Positions 51,597 through 60,809 of a stretch of 64,000 nt of DNA are shown piece after piece. The position numbers and the translations under genes were made by a program. The notes beneath the pieces are model-generated. The model searched no databases. It was given only the letters and a program-made list of their open reading frames with translations, and was not told the DNA's origin. Position 1 is the first letter of the stretch. Each line of letters opens with the position of its first letter. The DNA lies in contig JAWLGC010000005.1 of NCBI GenBank assembly GCA_041685265.1, positions 178 through 64,177 of the forward strand, in the 5' to 3' direction. Source of the stretch: Desulfomicrobiaceae bacterium (GTDB lineage Bacteria; Desulfobacterota; Desulfovibrionia; Desulfovibrionales; Desulfomicrobiaceae).

Positions 51597-53051
51597 TCAT
51601 TCCAGCGCCAGCAGCGGCGGCATCAGGAGAATCACCGTGGTCCCTTTTCCTTCCTGACTGAGCACGGCTACGGAGCCCCCCAGCCCTTCGATGAGCTTCT
51701 TGGTCATGGCCAGCCCCAGACCTGAACCTTTCTTTTTGGTGCTGAAAAAGGGATTAAAGATCATTTCCAGATTCCCCTTAGGGATTCCCGCTCCGGTATC
51801 CTCGACCTCCACTGCCACGAAATTATGTTCGATTCCGGTTCTGACGACCAGTTCCCCCCCGTCCGGCATAGACTCGATACCGTTCTTGACCACATTGATC
51901 AAACACTGCTTGATCTGCTCGGCATCCCCATGGACCCGGGGCAGCCCCTGAGTCAATTCCACGGTAAGGCAGATTCCCTGTTTTTCACATCCGATCCGCA
52001 TCAGACTGAGTACATCATCAAGAATCGCATTCACGTCCACAGCCATGGCCTCACCCTGAACAGGCCTGGCAAACCCCAGGATAGATGTAAGAATCCGGTC
52101 CAGACGCTGGGCCTCCTCCATGATGATGCGGATCTTGTCCATATCCCGATCCTCGAGGCGCCCGGACTTGAGCAGGGTATGGGCAAATCCCCCGATGGCG
52201 AACAGGGGGTTGCGGATCTCGTGGGCGATATAGGTGGACAACTCCCCGATGGCGGCCATTTTTTCCGACTGCTGCAACCGTTTCTCCATGTCCGTCCGGC
52301 GGGTGATGTCCCGACGCATTTCCACGAACTGGACGATGGCCCCGTCTTTATCAAAGATGGGATACACATATATGCGAAAGTAATGAAGCAGCCCATCTGC
52401 ATCGATTCTGGAATGCACCGCTTCGGCCTTGCGGCCGGTTTCCAGCACGGTCTCGTAGGGACACTGCATGTCCGGGGAACCACATCCACTCCCCCCGATC
52501 TGCCAGGTGGTCCAGCACGGTCTGCCCACAATATCCTGCTTGGAACGTCCGAGGCGCTTGCATACGTTCTCGTTCACGTCGAGAATACTCTTGTCCGTAT
52601 CCAGAAGCAGAATGTCTTCCCGGACCTCATCCACAATGGTCTTGAGCATGGACTGAGCGGTTTGCAGGTCGGTCCGACAACTCAGACAGAATCGCTCCTC
52701 GACGATCAGGTCCCAAAGAAACGAGGCGGAAAAATGATCCAGCAGGGAAATATGTACCGGAAGATTTCGGCGCAGCAGGGCCAGCAGGGCGGGATCATCC
52801 TGAAACAGAGCCACGAGATTCACCTCGGGTTGTCCCGCAAGAAGGGCGACGTGGCTTGTATAGGTGGGAATTTTCAGACGCCGGGCCAGACGAATAACCT
52901 TGGGGTCCGGCTCCAAATCGGCCAGGCCCGCAATGAGCACATCGGGAAAGAGGTCGGCCAGCCGCATGGACAGGACCGCACTCAGCAGGGCGGCCACCCG
53001 ATGGTCCGCCCCCACAATCCCGATCACGAGACTTTTGTTCTCACTCTGCAT
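51597..53051 (-). CDS. Cytoplasmic PAS sensor histidine kinase with an N-terminal Rossmann-like domain
   Basis: ORF 51597..53285(-), trimmed to MQSENK. H-box 'AHEIRNPL', 'GSGLGLAM', and a Cys-rich PAS region. Confidence 0.85.
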   Translation of the reverse strand: MQSENKSLVIGIVGADHRVAALLSAVLSMRLADLFPDVLIAGLADLEPDPKVIRLARRLKIPTYTSHVALLAGQPEVNLVALFQDDPALLALLRRNLPVHISLLDHFSASFLWDLIVEERFCLSCRTDLQTAQSMLKTIVDEVREDILLLDTDKSILDVNENVCKRLGRSKQDIVGRPCWTTWQIGGSGCGSPDMQCPYETVLETGRKAEAVHSRIDADGLLHYFRIYVYPIFDKDGAIVQFVEMRRDITRRTDMEKRLQQSEKMAAIGELSTYIAHEIRNPLFAIGGFAHTLLKSGRLEDRDMDKIRIIMEEAQRLDRILTSILGFARPVQGEAMAVDVNAILDDVLSLMRIGCEKQGICLTVELTQGLPRVHGDAEQIKQCLINVVKNGIESMPDGGELVVRTGIEHNFVAVEVEDTGAGIPKGNLEMIFNPFFSTKKKGSGLGLAMTKKLIEGLGGSVAVLSQEGKGTTVILLMPPLLALE

Positions 53052-53077
53052 ACCGTCCCCCTGGCCATCAAGACTTC

Positions 53078-53302
53078 TCAACCACCGCCGACCGCCGGAA
53101 ATATGCCTACCCGGTCCCCGGCCGTTACCGCCGTATCCAGGGAGACATGCTTTCCATTCACGAACATGATCTTCACATCCTCCTCCCTGAGATCCAGCAT
53201 GGGAAGCAGCTCTCCAAGGGTCACACCCTCGACCACGGTCATCCGCTTTCCGGAAGGGGTATGCCCGGCCAGAGTCGCAAAACACTGTACTTCGATATCC
53301 AT
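53078..53302 (-). CDS. MoaD/ThiS-family ubiquitin-like sulfur carrier protein
   Basis: 74 aa ending in 'FPAVGGG'. ATG after GGAGGAG. Confidence 0.6.
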   Translation of the reverse strand: MDIEVQCFATLAGHTPSGKRMTVVEGVTLGELLPMLDLREEDVKIMFVNGKHVSLDTAVTAGDRVGIFPAVGGG

Positions 53303-53313
53303 CACTCCTCCAT

Positions 53314-55140
53314 TTATTTTTCCCGAGACTTCATTTCCTTGAGCCGACTGTTGTACACATCAATGACTGCCCGGCGATCGAGCATGCCCACAAGAAGACG
53401 GGGATCCTCCTCATCCACGACCGGGAGGCTGTCGATATTGCGCACGGTAAACTTGTGCAGCACCGTGTTCAGGTCCTCCCCGAAATTGGTGGTAATGACC
53501 TTTTTCCTCCCGATATCGCCCATGAGAACCAGGTCATCCAGGCCCTTTTCAAAAAGGACCTCCCGGATATCCGTACTTGAAAAAATCCCCTTCATGCGCT
53601 CATCCCGGTCCACCACGGGAAAATAGTGCTGCTTGGTGGTGGTGAACAGACGCTTGAACCCGGCCAGGGACATGTCCTCGGGGATGAGAATGGGCGACTT
53701 GAGCCGATCGACCATTTCCCTGACTTTGATCTTCTCCAGGATGTCCACGAAAAACGCACCGGCATGGGCCGGGGAGGCAATCCGGTTCTTGACCTGACGA
53801 TCATAGATGGTCCACCGGGACGAGGCCAGATACGAGATGGAACACACCAGCATACTGGGCAGGAGCAGCTGATAGGAATTGGTCATCTCGCTGATGAATA
53901 TGATGGTCGAGATAGGCGTATTGGAGACCCCGGCAAAAAATCCGGCCATGCCGACAATAACGAAGGAAGCCGGCTCCACGACCACACCGGGTATAAACTG
54001 ATGGAAAAGCTGTCCGACCACACCGCCCACGGCCCCGCCGATGACCACGGACGGACCGAAAACCCCGCCGCTGCCTCCCGACCCGATGGTGAAGGAGGTG
54101 GTCACGATTTTGCCCAGGGCCAGGGCCAGCAGAAACATGATGGTCACCTCCCCGTTCAGGGCCTGCTGGACATATCCGTACCCGAAGGCCAGGGTCTGGG
54201 GCAGAAAGAATCCGATGATTCCGGTCAGCAGCCCCCCGATGGCCGGTTTAAAGTGATTGGGAAGCTTCAGCTTCCTGAACGCCCGGGTCACCCCGTAAAA
54301 GGTGCGGACATACAGAAACCCGAACCCGGCCAGAACCAGTGCCAGGACACAATACGGACCGAGTTCCAATGGATTGTTGAATGCCATGGCCGGAGACTTG
54401 AAGAGCGCTCCCCACCCGAATACCACGCAAAAAACGCAGTACCCCACGATGGAAGAGATTCCGGCCGGGATGATCACCTCGGATTCCATCTCCGGATCCT
54501 GATACAGCACCTCGGCCGCAAACAGAGCTCCGGCCAGGGGAGCCCGAAAAATAGAGCCGACCCCGGCCCCCATGCCCGCGGCGAGCATGATCCGCCGCTC
54601 GCGTCTGGACAGGCCGAGCCTGGTGGCCAGAAAGGACCCGAACCCGGCTCCGATCTGGGCAATGGGTCCCTCACGCCCCCCGGACCCGCCGCTGCTCAGG
54701 GTCACGGCCGAAGCCAGGGTCTTGATGATGGGCACCCGCCCCCGGACATAGCCGCCCTTGGTATGGTAGGCGTCGATGGCTGCATCCGTGCCGTGCCCTT
54801 CGGCTTCGGGACAGTAGGTGTAAACCAGAAAGCCGCTGATCAATCCGCCCACGGCCGGAACAAGCAGCAGAATCCAACGGGAAAAAGGGTGTTCGGAAGA
54901 AGAAAACAGCTTTTCTTCTCCGGCCGGGGTCGGGGGGTGAAACCCGGCCAGAACATCCATGAACACATAGGTCCCGATCTCGCACAAATAGTGAAAGATC
55001 ACCGAACCAAGGCCGGCGACAATCCCGATGGCCACGAAATACAGGGCCCACTTTCCCATGGACAGGAACTTGAGACAGGTGTCCTTGCTCGCCATACGCC
55101 CCCCGGTCGAGATTGCTGGAGACAGAAATGTTCGCATCAA
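53314..55140 (-). CDS. ClC-family chloride channel / H+-Cl- antiporter with a C-terminal CBS pair
   Basis: 'GGSGGREGP', 'GSGGVFGPS', multiple TM helices, and a CBS-like tail. Confidence 0.9.
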   Translation of the reverse strand: MMRTFLSPAISTGGRMASKDTCLKFLSMGKWALYFVAIGIVAGLGSVIFHYLCEIGTYVFMDVLAGFHPPTPAGEEKLFSSSEHPFSRWILLLVPAVGGLISGFLVYTYCPEAEGHGTDAAIDAYHTKGGYVRGRVPIIKTLASAVTLSSGGSGGREGPIAQIGAGFGSFLATRLGLSRRERRIMLAAGMGAGVGSIFRAPLAGALFAAEVLYQDPEMESEVIIPAGISSIVGYCVFCVVFGWGALFKSPAMAFNNPLELGPYCVLALVLAGFGFLYVRTFYGVTRAFRKLKLPNHFKPAIGGLLTGIIGFFLPQTLAFGYGYVQQALNGEVTIMFLLALALGKIVTTSFTIGSGGSGGVFGPSVVIGGAVGGVVGQLFHQFIPGVVVEPASFVIVGMAGFFAGVSNTPISTIIFISEMTNSYQLLLPSMLVCSISYLASSRWTIYDRQVKNRIASPAHAGAFFVDILEKIKVREMVDRLKSPILIPEDMSLAGFKRLFTTTKQHYFPVVDRDERMKGIFSSTDIREVLFEKGLDDLVLMGDIGRKKVITTNFGEDLNTVLHKFTVRNIDSLPVVDEEDPRLLVGMLDRRAVIDVYNSRLKEMKSREK

Positions 55141-55167
55141 CAGGGTCGTCGTTCCATCTGCCTACCC

Positions 55168-55872
55168 CTATTTGAAACGAATTTCCACCTCGGCCCCGGG
55201 GGAATACCCTTTGAGCTGCTCCAGGACGACCCGCAGGTTTCCGGCCATAACGTTCTCCACGAAGGGATTCATGGCCAGGGGGTACCCGTTGACCGTAACC
55301 TCAAGAGCCGTGCGCATGGCCTTGCAGGCCCGGCAGGATGCCTTACCGGCCACGATCTCCCGCCCCAGAGAGAGACAATCGGCCCGGCCGCACGTGCCGC
55401 AGTCGAGGCCGGGCAGCCGGAATCCCTGTTCGAGAACTGCTGCGGCCATCTCCTCCACTGATCTAAAGGCATGCATCCCGGGCACGGCACACTCCCCCCA
55501 GGTCCCAAGACTGAGCCCGTTGTCCAGAGTGTCCACGTCGCCCGGTTCCTTCAGGGCCAGGACCCGGGGAAGCCAGGTCAGGAACTTGCCTCCTTCAACC
55601 AGCAGGATGTCTTCTCCGGCCAGGGGGAGCATATCCGGCAGGAACCGTTCCCGGTTCCAGTGAACCATACTCTCTTTCCTGCCCAGCCCGAACACGGTGG
55701 AGCAAACCTCCTGCAGGGCCGCGGTGTCCGTACCTTCCTTGTCCAGAGGGTGATGAGAAAATTTTGCCGCAGCAACAGAATACCCCATTTCAGTCAGGTT
55801 ACGGGCCAGATCCAGCACCAGGGTGGTCTTCCCCGACTTCTTGAATCCGACCACGGCGACAGCCTTCTGCAT
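55168..55872 (-). CDS. mobB: MobB (molybdopterin-guanine dinucleotide biosynthesis adapter) fused to a Cys-rich putative Fe-S domain
   Basis: P-loop 'VGFKKSGKTT'. The C-terminal 'LDCGTCGRADCLSLGREIVAGKASCRAC' resembles the RnfB-type putative Fe-S module. Start at MQKAVA after AAAGGAG. Confidence 0.75.
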   Translation of the reverse strand: MQKAVAVVGFKKSGKTTLVLDLARNLTEMGYSVAAAKFSHHPLDKEGTDTAALQEVCSTVFGLGRKESMVHWNRERFLPDMLPLAGEDILLVEGGKFLTWLPRVLALKEPGDVDTLDNGLSLGTWGECAVPGMHAFRSVEEMAAAVLEQGFRLPGLDCGTCGRADCLSLGREIVAGKASCRACKAMRTALEVTVNGYPLAMNPFVENVMAGNLRVVLEQLKGYSPGAEVEIRFK

Positions 55873-56066
55873 ATGCGCTCCTTTTGACATTCACAATCGT
55901 TTGTTCTAACCAATAATGCTTTTCATTCGGAAGCGAAATATTCCTCGTCCCGGTCAGAGCCGGGCAGCTCCCCGGTCGACTCTTCCTTGCCCGCTTTCGC
56001 ATTGTATCGGCCACTGATCCCGACACGCTCCGCCCCACAACGTTTCAAACGAACAGCTGAATAAAT

Positions 56067-57314
56067 ATGTCCAAAATTCAAAAAATCAAAGGGTTTTCTG
56101 ACCTGTTTTCCCCGGAAAGCGACCAGTTCCAATTTCTGGAACAGACCGCCAGAGACGTCTTTTCCCGGTACGGCTGCCGCGAACTCCGCACGCCGATCAT
56201 TGAAAAGACCAACCTGTTCGCCCGGTCCATCGGTGAGGAAACCGACGTGGTCCAGAAAGAGATGTACACATTTCCGGACCGCAAAGGGCGTTCCCTGACC
56301 CTGCGCCCCGAGGCCACGGCCGGAGTGCTTCGGGCTTACATCGAAAACAAGCTCTACGCCCGGGAACCGTTGCAGAAACTTTTCACCTGCGGCCCCATGT
56401 TTCGCTATGAACGCCCTCAAAAAGGGCGTATGCGCCAGTTCCACCAGATCAATGTCGAGGTCCTGGGCACGGATGCCCCCCAGGCCGACGCAGAAGTCCT
56501 GCTCATGCTCTGGACATTTCTTCAGTCCACCGGCCTGAAAGGACTGGCCATCGAGCTCAACTCTTTGGGGTGCGCCGAATGCCGGCCTGTTTTTCACGAC
56601 GCCCTGCGCTCCTTTCTCGACTCTCTGGACACGGACCGGCTCTGCGACGACTGCAAACGGCGCAAGGACACCAATCCGCTCAGGGTCCTCGACTGCAAGG
56701 TGCCCGCATGCAAAGAGATGACCAAAGACGCCCCCTGCATCTCCGACCACCTCTGCCCCGAGTGCAGGGAACACTTTGCCGCGGTCAGGGAAGTCCTGGA
56801 TCAGGCCGAACTCCCGTATACTCTGAATCCCCGCCTGGTCCGCGGTCTGGATTACTACCAGCGGACCACCTTCGAAATCGTATCCGGCGACATCGGATCC
56901 CAGTCGGCCGTGGCCGGGGGGGGACGATATGACGGGCTGATCGAGAAACTGGGCGGTCCCAAACTGCCCGGCATAGGGTTTGCCTGCGGCATGGAACGCC
57001 TGGCCCTGCTTCTGCCCGAGCAGGAAGAACCCCATCTGGATTTCTACCTGGCCGTACTCGATGATTCCGCCCTGAACACCTCCCTGATCCTTGCCCAGCA
57101 CCTGCGGGACAAGGGGTTCACCGGCGAGGTCGGATTCGAGACCAAAAGCGTCAAGGCCCAGCTCCGCCAGGCGAACAGAAAGCAGGCCAAGACCTGCCTC
57201 CTCCTCGGCACCGAGGAAATGGACAAGGGGCAGATTCTCGTCAAGGATATGGCCACCGGCGCCCAGCAGTCCGTCAGCCAGGACGACCTGGAACAGGCAT
57301 TGGGATTGCAATAA
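56067..57314 (+). CDS. hisS: Histidine--tRNA ligase
   Basis: 'FRYERPQKGRMRQFHQ', 'GGGRYDGL'. Confidence 0.95.
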   Translation: MSKIQKIKGFSDLFSPESDQFQFLEQTARDVFSRYGCRELRTPIIEKTNLFARSIGEETDVVQKEMYTFPDRKGRSLTLRPEATAGVLRAYIENKLYAREPLQKLFTCGPMFRYERPQKGRMRQFHQINVEVLGTDAPQADAEVLLMLWTFLQSTGLKGLAIELNSLGCAECRPVFHDALRSFLDSLDTDRLCDDCKRRKDTNPLRVLDCKVPACKEMTKDAPCISDHLCPECREHFAAVREVLDQAELPYTLNPRLVRGLDYYQRTTFEIVSGDIGSQSAVAGGGRYDGLIEKLGGPKLPGIGFACGMERLALLLPEQEEPHLDFYLAVLDDSALNTSLILAQHLRDKGFTGEVGFETKSVKAQLRQANRKQAKTCLLLGTEEMDKGQILVKDMATGAQQSVSQDDLEQALGLQ

Positions 57315-57317
57315 AAA

Positions 57318-57359
57318 CCAAGGCTATAGCCCATAGTCCATAGCCTCTTGCCCCTAGCC
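57318..57359 (+). repeat. Heptad-periodic array nnTnGCC (5-6 units) in the hisS-aspS spacer
   Basis: (ccaaggc) tatagcc catagtc catagcc tcttgcc cctagcc. TAG triplets at 57327, 57334 and 57341 are spaced exactly 7 nt apart. Confidence 0.85.
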
Positions 57360-57400
57360 CAACCATACCAACAATTTTCAGAATAAAAAGGAACCACATA

Positions 57401-59212
57401 ATGGACGAACGTCAAACCTTTCAGACCGATACCTTGAACGGCTGGAAACGGTCACATCACTGCGCCGAACTGGGCGCAGAACATGTTGACCAGGAAGTCT
57501 GCCTCATGGGCTGGGTCCAGTACCGCCGCGACCACGGAGGCCTGATCTTCATCGATCTTCGTGACGTCAACGGACTGACCCAGGTGGTCTTCTCTCCCGA
57601 GGTTGCGCCCGAGCCCCACTCCCGGGCCCACGTGCTGCGTACCGAATACGTCCTGGCCATCAAGGGCACGGTCCGCCCCCGCCCCGACGATATGATCAAC
57701 CCCAAAATGAAGACCGGGGCCATTGAAATCGAGGTCTCCGAATTCAAACTTCTGAACGCATCCAAAACGCCCCCCTTCGTCATCGAAGACCGGGCCGAGG
57801 TATCTGAGAACCTGCGCCTCAAGTACCGCTACCTGGATCTTAGGCGGTCGCAGATGACCCGCAACCTGGTGCTGCGCAACCGGACCGCCCAGGCCGTACG
57901 CCGCTACCTGGACGATCTCGATTTCCTCGAAGTGGAGACCCCGGTCCTGACCAAATCCACCCCCGAAGGCGCCCGCGACTTTCTGGTTCCCAGTCGGGTC
58001 AACCAGGGCGAGTTCTACGCCCTGCCCCAGTCCCCCCAGCTGTTCAAGCAGCTGCTCATGTGCGGCGGACTGGACCGGTATTACCAGATCGTGAAATGCT
58101 TCCGGGACGAGGACCTGCGCGCCGACCGCCAGCCCGAGTTCACCCAGATCGACATCGAGATGTCCTTTGTGGAAGAGGAAGACGTCATGTCCATGGCCGA
58201 AGGCATGGTCCGGCGCATCTTCCGGGAGACCCTGAATAAGGAGCTGGCCGAAACCTTCCCCCGCATGACCTACGACGAGGCCATGGAGCGGTACGGCGTG
58301 GACAAGCCCGACGTGCGGTTCGGCCTGGAGCTGAAGACGGTCACGGACATCGTGCGCGGTTCCGGATTCCGTCTGTTCGCCAAGGCCGAGCTGGTCAAAG
58401 GGATGCGCGTCCCCGGCGGTTCGGTCCTGTCCCGCAAGGAGATCGACGACCTGACCGATTTCGTGCGCATCTACGGGGCCCAGGGTCTGGCCTGGATCAA
58501 GATCAAGGAAGACGACTGGCAGTCTCCCATCGCCAAGTTCCTGAGCGAAGAGGAGCGGGCCGGACTCAAGGAAGCCCTGGAACTCGAAGTCGGCGACATC
58601 GTGTTTTTCCAGGCCGGTGCCCCGGACATGGTCAACGCGGCTCTCGGGAACCTGCGCCTCAAGCTGGGCGAACGGTTTGAACTCATCCCCGCAGACTCCT
58701 TCGCCCCCCTGTGGGTCACGGACTTTCCCCTGCTTGAATGGGACGCCGACGCAAAGCGGTATGTAGCCAAACACCACCCCTTTACTGCACCCCAAACCGG
58801 TCATATTGATACCCTTGGCACCGAGCCCGGCAAAGCCCTGGCACGTGCCTACGACCTGGTTTTAAACGGCAGCGAGATCGGCGGCGGGTCCATCCGGATC
58901 CACACCCCTGCCATGCAGCAGGAAATGTTCACGGCCCTGGGCATCGACGAAGAAGAGGCCCGGGCCAAATTCGGTTTTCTTCTTGGAGCCCTGGAGTTCG
59001 GCGCCCCGCCCCATGGCGGTATCGCCTTCGGGCTGGACCGGCTGGTCATGCTCCTGTCCGGAGCCAGATCCATCCGGGACGTCATCGCCTTCCCCAAGAC
59101 CCAGAAGGCGACCTGCCTGATGACCGAAGCTCCCTCGAGGGTCGCTTCGACCCAGCTCCGGGAGCTTGGACTGCGGCTCCGGGAAAACGTCAAAGAGGAA
59201 AAAAATGGCTAG
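57401..59212 (+). CDS. aspS: Aspartate--tRNA ligase
   Basis: '[18 protein letters not shown]', 'GLDRLVM'. 603 aa. Confidence 0.95.
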   Translation: MDERQTFQTDTLNGWKRSHHCAELGAEHVDQEVCLMGWVQYRRDHGGLIFIDLRDVNGLTQVVFSPEVAPEPHSRAHVLRTEYVLAIKGTVRPRPDDMINPKMKTGAIEIEVSEFKLLNASKTPPFVIEDRAEVSENLRLKYRYLDLRRSQMTRNLVLRNRTAQAVRRYLDDLDFLEVETPVLTKSTPEGARDFLVPSRVNQGEFYALPQSPQLFKQLLMCGGLDRYYQIVKCFRDEDLRADRQPEFTQIDIEMSFVEEEDVMSMAEGMVRRIFRETLNKELAETFPRMTYDEAMERYGVDKPDVRFGLELKTVTDIVRGSGFRLFAKAELVKGMRVPGGSVLSRKEIDDLTDFVRIYGAQGLAWIKIKEDDWQSPIAKFLSEEERAGLKEALELEVGDIVFFQAGAPDMVNAALGNLRLKLGERFELIPADSFAPLWVTDFPLLEWDADAKRYVAKHHPFTAPQTGHIDTLGTEPGKALARAYDLVLNGSEIGGGSIRIHTPAMQQEMFTALGIDEEEARAKFGFLLGALEFGAPPHGGIAFGLDRLVMLLSGARSIRDVIAFPKTQKATCLMTEAPSRVASTQLRELGLRLRENVKEEKNG

Positions 59213-59702
59213 AGAAATCGTCACCTACCCTGATCCGATCCTGGCCCGGAAATCCGAGCCCGTCGCAGAAATCACCGACGAGATCAGGGAACTTGCCGGC
59301 GAAATGGCCGAAGCCATGTACGAAAACAAGGGGATCGGCCTGGCCGCACCCCAGATCGGCGAGAATATCAGGCTGGTCACAGTGGACCTCTCCGGGCCGG
59401 ACGAGCGGAACGACCTGCAGGTGCTGGTCAATCCGCGGATCACAGCCAAAAGCGGTTCCACGGAATCCGAAGAGGGATGCCTGAGTGTGACCGGATACCG
59501 GGCCAAAGTGAAGCGGGCCGAGTTTGTAACTCTTACCGCCACGGACCTGGATGGCAACGAAATCACTCTTGAAGCCGACGATCTGCTGGCCATCTGCCTG
59601 CAGCATGAACTCGACCACCTGGACGGCGTGCTGTTCATCGATCATATCAGCCGCCTGAAACGGTCTCTGTACGAGAAGAAGCTCAAAAAATGGAAAAAAT
59701 AA
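59205..59702 (+). CDS. def: Peptide deformylase
   Basis: '[10 protein letters not shown]', 'EGCLS', 'HELDHL'. Start at MAREIV, overlapping the aspS stop. Confidence 0.94.
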   Translation: MAREIVTYPDPILARKSEPVAEITDEIRELAGEMAEAMYENKGIGLAAPQIGENIRLVTVDLSGPDERNDLQVLVNPRITAKSGSTESEEGCLSVTGYRAKVKRAEFVTLTATDLDGNEITLEADDLLAICLQHELDHLDGVLFIDHISRLKRSLYEKKLKKWKK

Positions 59703-60646
59703 CTCCGCTGCGTATCGTGTACATGGGCACGCCGGATATCGCGGCCACCATCCTGCGCCGCCTCCTCACCTGGGAAGGCGGCCGGGTGGTGGGCGTGTAC
59801 ACCCAGCCCGACCGCCCCTGCGGCCGGGGGCAGGTGTGCAGGCCTTCGGCCGTGAAGCAGGTGGCTCTTGAACAGGGGCTGGACATTTTCCAGCCGGTCA
59901 ACTTCAAGGATGAAGCGGACCGCAAGGTTCTGGCCGACCTGGAACCCGACCTGCTGGTGGTGGCCGCCTACGGGTTGATTCTGCCCCGATCCGTACTGGA
60001 CATTGCTCGCCTCGGGGCCGTGAACGTACACGCCTCCCTGCTGCCCGGGTACCGCGGGGCCGCTCCTATCCAGCGGGTGATCATGGACGGAGAACAGGTC
60101 ACCGGCATCACCATCATGCAGATGGAGGCAGGCCTGGACTCCGGCCCCATGCTCCTGCAGCGCGCCCTGGCCATCGGCATCGACGATACTGCGGCCACCC
60201 TGCACGACGAGCTGGCAGACATGGGAGGACGGGTATTGGTGGAGGCTCTGGACCGGATGGTCGCAGGGACCCTCAAACCCATCGAACAGGATCACGAACT
60301 GGCCACCTACGCCCCCAAGCTGAAAAAAAAGGAAGGGCTCATCGACTGGAACCGCCCGGCCGAAGAGATCCACAACCGCATCCGCGGCCTGTATCCCTGG
60401 CCCGGGTCCTGGTTCGACTGGGACGGCATCCCGGGCAGGACGGTCCGGCTGACACTGTTCCCGGGCCGGGTGGGCCGGGAGCGGACCGCCGATGAAATAC
60501 CGGGCACCATCCTGGGGGAAGAGGAAGACAGCCTTGCCATCGTGTGCGCGGACAAAATCTATCTCCTGCCCGGGGTCAAACCCGCTTCGGGCAAGCCTAT
60601 GGACACCAAGGCATTTCTGTGCGGGTACATGAGCCGCTGCGGATGA
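59690..60646 (+). CDS. fmt: Methionyl-tRNA formyltransferase
   Basis: 'IVYMGTPD', 'HASLLPGYRGAAPIQ'. Confidence 0.94.
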   Translation: MEKITPLRIVYMGTPDIAATILRRLLTWEGGRVVGVYTQPDRPCGRGQVCRPSAVKQVALEQGLDIFQPVNFKDEADRKVLADLEPDLLVVAAYGLILPRSVLDIARLGAVNVHASLLPGYRGAAPIQRVIMDGEQVTGITIMQMEAGLDSGPMLLQRALAIGIDDTAATLHDELADMGGRVLVEALDRMVAGTLKPIEQDHELATYAPKLKKKEGLIDWNRPAEEIHNRIRGLYPWPGSWFDWDGIPGRTVRLTLFPGRVGRERTADEIPGTILGEEEDSLAIVCADKIYLLPGVKPASGKPMDTKAFLCGYMSRCG

Positions 60647-60654
60647 ATAAAAAA

Positions 60655-60792
60655 GGGAATAGGCAAGAGGCGAGGGGCTATAGGCAATAGGGAAGAAATA
60701 CCCCCGCCCATAGCCGGTTGCCGATTGCCTATCGCCTCTTGCCTATAGCCGATCGCCTATTGCCCATGGCCTCTCGCCCATCGCCTCTAGCC
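60655..60792. repeat. Heptad-periodic arrays in inverted orientation: GGCnnnn x5-6, then nnnnGCC x13
   Basis: Left arm (60655..60696): gggaata ggcaaga ggcgagg ggctata ggcaata gggaaga. Right arm (60702..60792): ccccgcc catagcc ggttgcc gattgcc tatcgcc tcttgcc tatagcc gatcgcc tattgcc catggcc tctcgcc catcgcc tctagcc. 60659..60673 is the exact reverse complement of 60732..60746. Confidence 0.9.
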
Positions 60793-60809
60793 CTCCCCTT
60801 CGGAGCTGC

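Noticed and set aside
53626-55461. 611-aa plus-strand ORF
   Set aside because: It is antisense to the ClC channel and mobB genes. The translation is Gly/Pro/Arg/His-rich with no motifs.
55923-58804. Long minus-strand ORFs 55923..57311 and 57452..58804
   Set aside because: They are antisense shadows of hisS and aspS.
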